Assembly: GCA_010015805.1 (NCBI GenBank)
Contig: ML978129.1
Coordinates: 496,001-560,000 of the forward strand
Direction: 5' to 3'
DNA from: Rhizodiscina lignyota
Lineage: Eukaryota
Length of the DNA stretch: 64,000 bases
Shown here piece by piece: positions 56,601 through 64,000 of the stretch (its first letter is position 1; every line of letters begins with the position of its first letter). Made by a program: the position numbers and the translations under genes. The notes beneath the pieces were generated by a model. It was not told the origin of the DNA. It ran no database searches and worked only from the letters and a program-made list of their open reading frames with translations.

Positions 56601-59600
56601 GGCGGAGAGAAGGCGCGGTGGTGGCATTGCCGGAGAGAGAAGCGCGGACCATGCCAGAGCAGACAGGATGGGCGCCAATCTCGAGCCAAGCGGTCTTCTC
56701 ATCGAAGGCCTTCTCGTCGAGGCCGGAGCTGACGGCAGACCAGAAGTTGACAGTCTCGCGAGCATGGCGAGCAAGATAGTCAGGGCCAATGACACCAACC
56801 TCACGGACGACATCGCCAGTGAGAGGAGACAGAACCGGAACGACTGGCTTGTTGAAGGTAACTCCCTTAGCAACCTCTTTGAAACCCTCCAAGATAGGAT
56901 CGACCTGAGCAGAGTGGAAGGCAAACGGCACATTGAGCTTGGTGGACTTGAAGCTGAGCTTGGCCAGGATATCACCAGCAGCAGCAACAGCCTCAACATT
57001 GCCGCAGAGAACAGTCTCCTCGGGTCCGTTGATGCAAGCAACCTCGGTCATCTTAGCACCAAGTGCGTTCTGGATGGACTCAACGCTGCCCTTGACAGCC
57101 AGCATGCCGTGCGTGTAAGGAGTGCACTCCTTCTCGAGGAGCTGAGCACGGCGGCCAACCAAAAGAATCATGTCACTAGCAGAGATGACACCAGCGACGT
57201 GAAGGGCGGCATATTCACCCAAGCTGTGACCAACAACAGCAGTGGGAGTGACACCCCAAGAAGCCCACATGCGAGCAAGGGCAACCTGAATACAGGCCAT
57301 ACCAAGCTGGACAACAGTTGGGGACAGGGTCAGGACATCAGTGCCGTCAAGAAGAGGAATGAATGATGGCAGTCCCTGAATACGGGCAAGATTGTCGAGC
57401 TGGTCGATGTCGGCACGGAAGGTGCTGAGGTCCTCGTAGAGCTTCTTGCCGAGAGCAGTGTACTGGGAACCCTGGCCAGTGAAGGTGAATGCGACCTTGG
57501 TTGGGACCATCGCAATTGGAGAGTAAGTCTCCTTCACCTGAGCCTTGAGGGCATCGCTGACCTTGGAGATGTCATCGACGGCGAATGCAATGCGATAGTT
57601 GTGCTGGATACGACGAGCAGTGGTCGTATAGGCCAGAGATGGAAGCGTGGTCTCCGGGTTCTCCTTCAGGAAGGTCTGCAGGTTGTCGATGTTGCGCTTC
57701 AGGGAAGCGATTGAGCGAGCGGAGATGGAGATCATGTGCTGGCTCCTGGGATCAACGCCCTTCGGCGCCTCCATAAGGGGGCCATCCTCCAAGATGATGG
57801 CAGTGTTACCACCAGCGGCAGAGAAGTTGTTCAAAAAGAGCTTGCGCGGCTCGGCGCCCTTCCTGTGCCACGGCACCTGGGTCGTGGAGATGTGGACATT
57901 GCGCTCTTTCAAATCCTTGGGGAAGGTCTGGTTGATGATTCCCTTGATACCAACATTGGCAGGGATGGCGTTCTTCTTCATCATCATCAAGACCTTAACA
58001 AGGGAGTTGGTACCAGAAGCAGCCTCACCGTGACCAATGTTGGCTTTAATGGCACCAAGGTGAAGCGTCTGGTCTGGTCGGCGCTGGCGGTGACGCGGAG
58101 CGAAGGAATTGGTGACCGAAGTCATCTCAATACCGTCTCCGGCCTGGGTACCGGTACCGTGCATCTCAACGTAGGAGATGTCATGTGCATCGACACCAGC
58201 AGCTGCAAGAACCTTCTTGTACAAGAACTCCTGGGCTCCAGCGTGAGGGTGAGTGATGGATACAGCCTCAGCGGAGTGGTTGGTAGCAGCACCAAGAATG
58301 CATCCAAGAATGAGGTCCTTGTCAGCAATGGCATCCTCATAACGCTTGAGGACGACCGTAGCACAACCATCACCACGGCAGTAGCCGTCAGCGGCGTTGT
58401 CGTAGGTCTTGCAAGAACCAGTCTTGCTCAAGAACTGTCCCTTTGACAGACCAGCGAAAATGTCGGGGTTGGTCAGAACATTTAGACCACCAGCACAGGC
58501 AGTGTCGCAGTCACCAGCCCAGAGGGAGGTGCAAGCAAGCTGAACTGCGGCAAGCGAAGAGGAGCAAGCGGTATCGATCGAGTACGAGGGACCGCTGAAC
58601 TTGAAATAATAATTGATACGACCCGGAGCGAAAGCACGCACGCCACCGGTGATGTAATAAGTATCAACGTTTTCAGATGCGTTGATTTCACGCCAATCGT
58701 CGGAGGTTTGACCGTAGAAAGTACCAATGCGGTGAAGCTTGGTTGACGGGGTGCGGTTAGGCACGTAGCCGGACATCTCGAGAGCCTCGTAGGCGGTCGT
58801 CAGGGCGAGACGACCCATGGGATCAGTCTGCGCAGCCTCACGCGGAGACATGTTGAAGAAGCGGGGATCGAACAAGCCCGGCTCGTCAATGAAGCAGCCA
58901 TACGGCGTGTGGGACTTGTTCTTTCCCTTACCGGATGGGTCGCAATGGGCCTTCGCATCGAAACGGTCAGCTGGAACCTCACGATGGACATCGAGGCCCT
59001 TCTCAAGCAGCTCCCAAAGAGCATCAGCGCTGGCAGCGCCGGGGAAGCGACCAGCCATACCAACAATGGCGATCTTGTCGTTCTGAGTGCGGCCGGTGAA
59101 CGACTTGTTCTCGGTCCAAGCAGTGTGGTCACGAGCCACAACAGAAGCCTGTCCTCCAGCCTTAAGCGCGGAGACAAGGCTGTTGGCCACATTTGTCACG
59201 CCCATGGCGGAAACGTGGCACTCGGCTTTGCTGGTGGCGGTGACCTGGGAGACAACTTCTTCCAGAAGGAAGTCCCAGCGCACAGGCTCAAGGAGCATCT
59301 CCTTCAGAGAAGACTGGAAGAGCTCGAGAGCGCTGTTGGCGGTCTGGCACTTGCCAGTAACGGCAGAGTGAATCAAACCGGCCGGGCGGAAAAACTTCAG
59401 GTTATCGGTTGTTGTCTTGTCGAGGATCTTGGCAATATCCGCATCGGAGTAAAGGTGACCGGCATGGTAAGGAGCGAATACCGGAATTGGAACCTTGTGG
59501 TTCTTCGTGAAGGCCTCGCACTCCGAGAAGATGCGACGAGTAACGGATGGCGGGCCGGAAATAGTGATGGCCATCACGCTGACAGCGCTGATGTACGCCT

Positions 59601-60238
59601 GGCTGGATGGTGCAATTCCATTCTTGGCGTGGAAATCAGCAAGAGCTGCCTTTGCACCCTGCTCAGAGGTACCGGTGACAATGGTCGACCAGCTCTCTTG
59701 GGCATGGGCACTCTGCTCCAAGCCATTCCTCACAATGCTGGTGGTGTAGCCGGCACGGAAGGAGACTCGAGAGGCTTCAATAGCGAGGGGAAGCAAGTCC
59801 GTAAGGGATTTGGAGCAAGCAACGGCGGAAGCAGCCAACAGACCGGTGCAAAGACCAATCAGCCTGGTGTTGGCAGCGTTGGGCAGCTCCGTTGGGTTTT
59901 CACCATAATAACTACAATCTGTTAATCATCTGTGCAGTATAATCATAGCAAGGTACGTACCCAATGTAATGAGCGAGTTGAGCGATAGTCACGAGGGCGG
60001 ACTCAACCTGCGGGATCTTCTGGCCTTTCTCGTAGTACGCCTCAATCAGCTGATTGACCGTGAGGAAGTCAGGAACCTGGTCGCGCTGAGTGCGAGGCAG
60101 CTTCTGGACCTCCTCGCGGAGGGCGACGCTGACACGCTCCAAGAAGGTGGTGAGGAGCGTGTTGTCCTTGCGGGTAACGATTTTGCGGAGAAGACCATAC
60201 TGGTCCGCGGTTTGATCGCCGAAGATGAGGACATTCAT
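53617..60238 (-). CDS. PKS1: Non-reducing polyketide synthase, DHN-melanin (T4HN) type: SAT-KS-AT-PT-ACP-ACP-TE
   Basis: FGDQT and GLCTG (SAT), DTACSSS and HGTGTQAGD (KS), GHSLGEY (AT), PT His in GHVVN, two ACPs (GVDSLMS, GMDSLMS), TE GWSAGG and GNHFTMM. One intron near each end. Confidence 0.93.
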
Positions 60239-63200
60239 GTTGATCGAGCTTTCGATTAAACGATTGATGGAAAATTAGGGTATTAGTGATTGAATGATTG
60301 ATATGCGATCGATTACGCTGTCGAGGGGAGGTTCTTGGGTCCGAATATCAACGTGGTGCTAGTTGATAAAAGGGTCAAGTTCCAGGTATTAGGAGGTACT
60401 GTAAGTTGTCTAACAAGAACGCAGGAAAGCTCGTGGTGATGTCTATTACGGAAAGTAGAAGAAAATGGTGCAAAGCGAAGTGAGGAAGATTATGGTGAAA
60501 GTGGTGTGACCCCAAAACTATGGAGGAGGTGCTGGTCTTAAGAAGTACCTCTGCACGGGTAGAAACCTATATTTGTAGAGCCCGAGGCTTGTTCACAGCG
60601 AGCGTGAAGGGCAATCAGCAAAGGAGCTTAGATCGAGACCTGGTCGAGCGGATCTTTCGACGAGCACGGATACGCATACGGGGCATGGCTTGCTAGGGCC
60701 TTGGTGGAGGTGAACGGTAAGGGGCGCATGTTGCATGTCCCACCGGCTTGATGCTACGACAGCCGTTCGGCACTTCAGCCAGGCGCCCGTTGGAAAGGGA
60801 AGCATTGCAAGGTCCTGCTGAAAATAGACGAGGCCATTGCGCCAGGCTGTCGATAACGAAGTTGAGACGGTCTCACAGCCATTCTCCGATGGGGAGCCGC
60901 CTCACTGGCATTGGCGGGCCTGGGGAGCGCATTATGTCAGCGATTTGATACGACGCAAACAGGAGAATTGTGCCCAAACTGGTGTATATTGCAATTGAAA
61001 TACGCCCTTAGACTGGTTCCAATTCGCGCTTGTCCAGCGGCATTGGTGCGGGTTCAACGTCATGCCCGCATCGTGCTCGAGCAAACGGCAGACCACGATG
61101 CTTCAAGACAATGATTCTCGTCGATCCGCCCACCTTGCGGCCAGGCTGTCGCACACAGTGACGCACTACGAACTCTGACCAGGTCAGACCATCACAGGAG
61201 AAGTTGGGATTCCACATGCTGGGGACTACTGCTCGAGGCGGGCCTGGTGTGCACGCATGGACACCATGCCCTTGCGGGACACGCGGGCGCAGGACGTGCA
61301 CAAGATTCTGGCTTTGCAGCCATAAAGCTGTATTTCCAAATTCTTCTTGTGCTCGGACGCAAAGCCAGACAAACGGATCGCTGGTCGATAGCGGCAAGCG
61401 GGGCGTGATGGCTGATGGCGTTTTCTTTAGAAGGAGGCTTGAGGTTCTCGCGCCGGAAACACTGCGTATTAGGATCAACGCCTCGATCTGGTATGGCCTG
61501 CCTGCTGTTGTCCGGACGGACTATGCCTCTTCAAGATCGACATGGTGCCAGCCACGCTCTCCTTTTCAAGGCGTCACGACGGCGCGCTTGTCGAGATTTG
61601 ATCGGCGGGTCCTTTGATAACCTTCGCGAGATTGTTCGTGCGCCAGAAGGAAGCAGTTTGCCACCAAGCCGTCGTTTCTTAATGCTCTCTCAGTGTTCAG
61701 GAGAAGCTGCTCAGGAGACGCTGCCCGTCGACATGACGAGCATTCTGCTGCGGTTCGCAGTAGTACGACGATAAAATTGGGTGCTGACTCTGCCGAAGAG
61801 CCGCCTCCACTACCCGGCTGAGCGGCCAGCCAAGCAAGCTGCTACGTGAGGGAGGAGGTACGGCACCACGGGTCCCCTCACCCAAAACTCGCTGGCCAAC
61901 CGCACGGGCCGCAGCACAAAGGGTACCTCCCGCCCGTACCCAGTCCCCTCCACGCTGGATCGCCGTCCGTGATGTTGCTTGACACGCCCTGCGAGCAAGC
62001 CAGTCTTCCTCCGCGTGCCCTCGACCACGCCCCGACCGCGTAGCTGCCCTCGGTCCTCGAGGCCCAAAAATGCCGACATCTGCGAATGAGAGTGCTCTAT
62101 ATAATAATTGCCTTCCCTCACGCCCTGGCTTGCTCAAGAATGGCCGCACTGCACGCAAAAACGGGCGACGACCACGCCGTCTCCACCCCGACTGATCGCC
62201 GCGTCGACTGCGAGCCGACTCGTGTGTGCCCTTTATTAGACACGCCGCGCCGTACCTGACAGACGCTCCCTGGCCAGCCCTGGATAAACCTGGCCCGCTC
62301 TCACCCACTTGCACGTGCTTCGCCGGACGGGATGACAACGCACCTTAAGTGCGCGGCGACAACATTCACTGGCTCCCACGACGTCACCGCGCCGCATCGA
62401 GATCATTGCGATACATTGGTTACTATTCTTCCGCCGTCGCCCTGCGGGATATTCTGGCTGGTCAGCAGAGGACTCCTTAGACCTTAGGAATCGTTGGGCG
62501 GGCAGGCTGGGTTGGAGGCGGAGGCGGAGCTGGGCGGGATTCAGGGAGGAGCGCTAAGGGCTTGGAGAAACACGCACCGCCTGCGTAGGGAAACAATGCG
62601 CGCCCGCCGTGTGCTCCTGTCGAAGTGCCCTATCACCGCCGCCAGTAGTCGAGCACCGCCATTCCATTGTTGACGGATCGTTTCATCTCGTGCCCACGTG
62701 GTTTGAAATCCGGATACTCGCTAGCACCGTTACCGTTGGGCCGGTCGTCTGTTCCTTATTTTGGGAGGTGATCTTGTGCCGTATTCCGCAATATCCTCAC
62801 CACATTGCTGCCATCAGCTGCAGTCCCAAATGTGCAAGACACTGCACGCCTGATGCTGAAGCGTGCATATCTGCAGCAGGGCTTAATCTCGTGTTATTCG
62901 CAATCTACACGTTGACGGGATTAGATCCTTTGCAGCTGCAATGTTTCCCTTCTATTTCGTGACACGAACTCGGCCCCCAACGACTGCTTCGCGTTCATTC
63001 CTACCTGCGTTCAATACACATCCAAGTCGATTGCTGTCTAATGTTTCTTTCTTGTCACAAATCTCGTAATTTCTCGCTGTGGCTGTCGTGACATTTCAGC
63101 CTCATCTACGTCAATGGTGAAGCCCCCAGCTATTGCGGTTTACTCGCCTATCGTCGAATTTCTATTTCCGGTTGTCGATTGCATTCACCATTGGTTGAAC

Positions 63201-64000
63201 TAAACACTAATCACAACTATGCAATGTACATACTGCGACCGTTCGCACACGAGATTATTATTCACTGATACTGGTGTTCAATTGACTTGCGCGGCCTGGT
63301 TAATGATCGGTGTTTCTTTGACCGACCGTCATCATTTCCTTAATTCTACAATTGCTGTCGCATTCTACGCGTTCAGACTTGGGGGTAGCTCCTATCGGTC
63401 GAAAGATAGACGAATATGACAGCTTTTGTGTTGTTCTACAATGCCAATCGGCGAGATGTGTGGAAATTTGTCAAAGCCCTGCATCCTTCGTCATCATGTC
63501 CACGTACGAGTCTGATAAGGCTCGTAAGCCAAGCAACGTCAACTTCTCCACACAACATGCAACACTAAATGGAATTTCTTAATTCCCCGTGGAGAGATTG
63601 TCAGGAGATCTCCACGAAGCTTGCGACCTCGCTCAAATTCCTCAAAATAGCTGCTCTTGCTCCATTGGCCGTCAAACGAGTACACTGGTTTCGAAATGTC
63701 CCATGAAATATTTCTGCCAAAATTCCGGATACCCGCCCGGTTATGCAGCCTCCCATCGCCAGCGAAGCTCTGCTCCGGGAAGAGGCGATTCTCCGCGACT
63801 CCCGCTGCAGGTCATAGTCAAAGTCCGCAAGTGAGACCAAAGTCCGTAGAACGGAGGAAACTTTAACCTCATGCCCTGCTCAGTAACCGCCATGGTATCC
63901 CCTCACCACTCGATCGTTCTATAGTTATCCAGAAGGCCTCTGCTCGTGTTTACAAGAACCAGGAATGCGCATGCATGCGTGAAGCTCAAGACCATGTACC
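60239..64000. promoter_or_regulatory. Long gene-free upstream region of PKS1
   Basis: 3.76 kb with no convincing ORF or exon structure, in a window where many intergenic gaps are under 0.5 kb. Confidence 0.55.

Noticed and set aside
54985..57366. 793-aa plus-strand ORF and other long ORFs antisense to PKS1
   Set aside because: Shadow ORFs produced by strong codon bias of the PKS on the opposite strand; no protein-like motifs.
61008..62338. ORFs of 100-213 aa in the PKS1 upstream region
   Set aside because: Arg/Gly/Pro-rich translations typical of GC-rich non-coding DNA, mostly with non-ATG starts and no domain motifs.

Overview
Gene-dense, intron-containing DNA from a filamentous ascomycete. 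The short GT-AG introns with CTRAC/CTAAT branch sites and the gene content suggest a Dothideomycete; that placement is inference. About 25 protein genes can be reconstructed. Most are housekeeping: HNT1, EFM5, LACTB2-like, NUP159, PUP1, ARP4, GUP1, TMEM115-like, SIF2/TBL1-like, CYP33-type RRM, SEC31 and prefoldin-3. Metabolic or accessory genes include a divergent CMD/beta-hydroxyacid dehydrogenase pair, an arrestin-like protein, a beta-carbonic anhydrase, an alpha/beta-hydrolase, a GT1 sterol glucosyltransferase, a small 8-Cys secreted protein, Hsp31/DJ-1 and an ADH6-like reductase. There is also a HET-domain pseudogene. The window ends with a DHN-melanin-type non-reducing PKS (SAT-KS-AT-PT-ACP-ACP-TE) and more than 3.7 kb of gene-free upstream DNA. 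The most notable observations are: (1) a stefin/cystatin-like hypothetical protein near the PKS; (2) a stop-containing intron that could append an AT-hook/GR tail to the SIF2/TBL1 homolog; (3) an orphan protein built from three tandem PAM2-like repeats; (4) the CMD-dehydrogenase head-to-head pair; (5) the lesions in the HET gene. All calls come from manual reading and motif recognition; no searches were run. No tRNA, rRNA or intact transposon was recognised.
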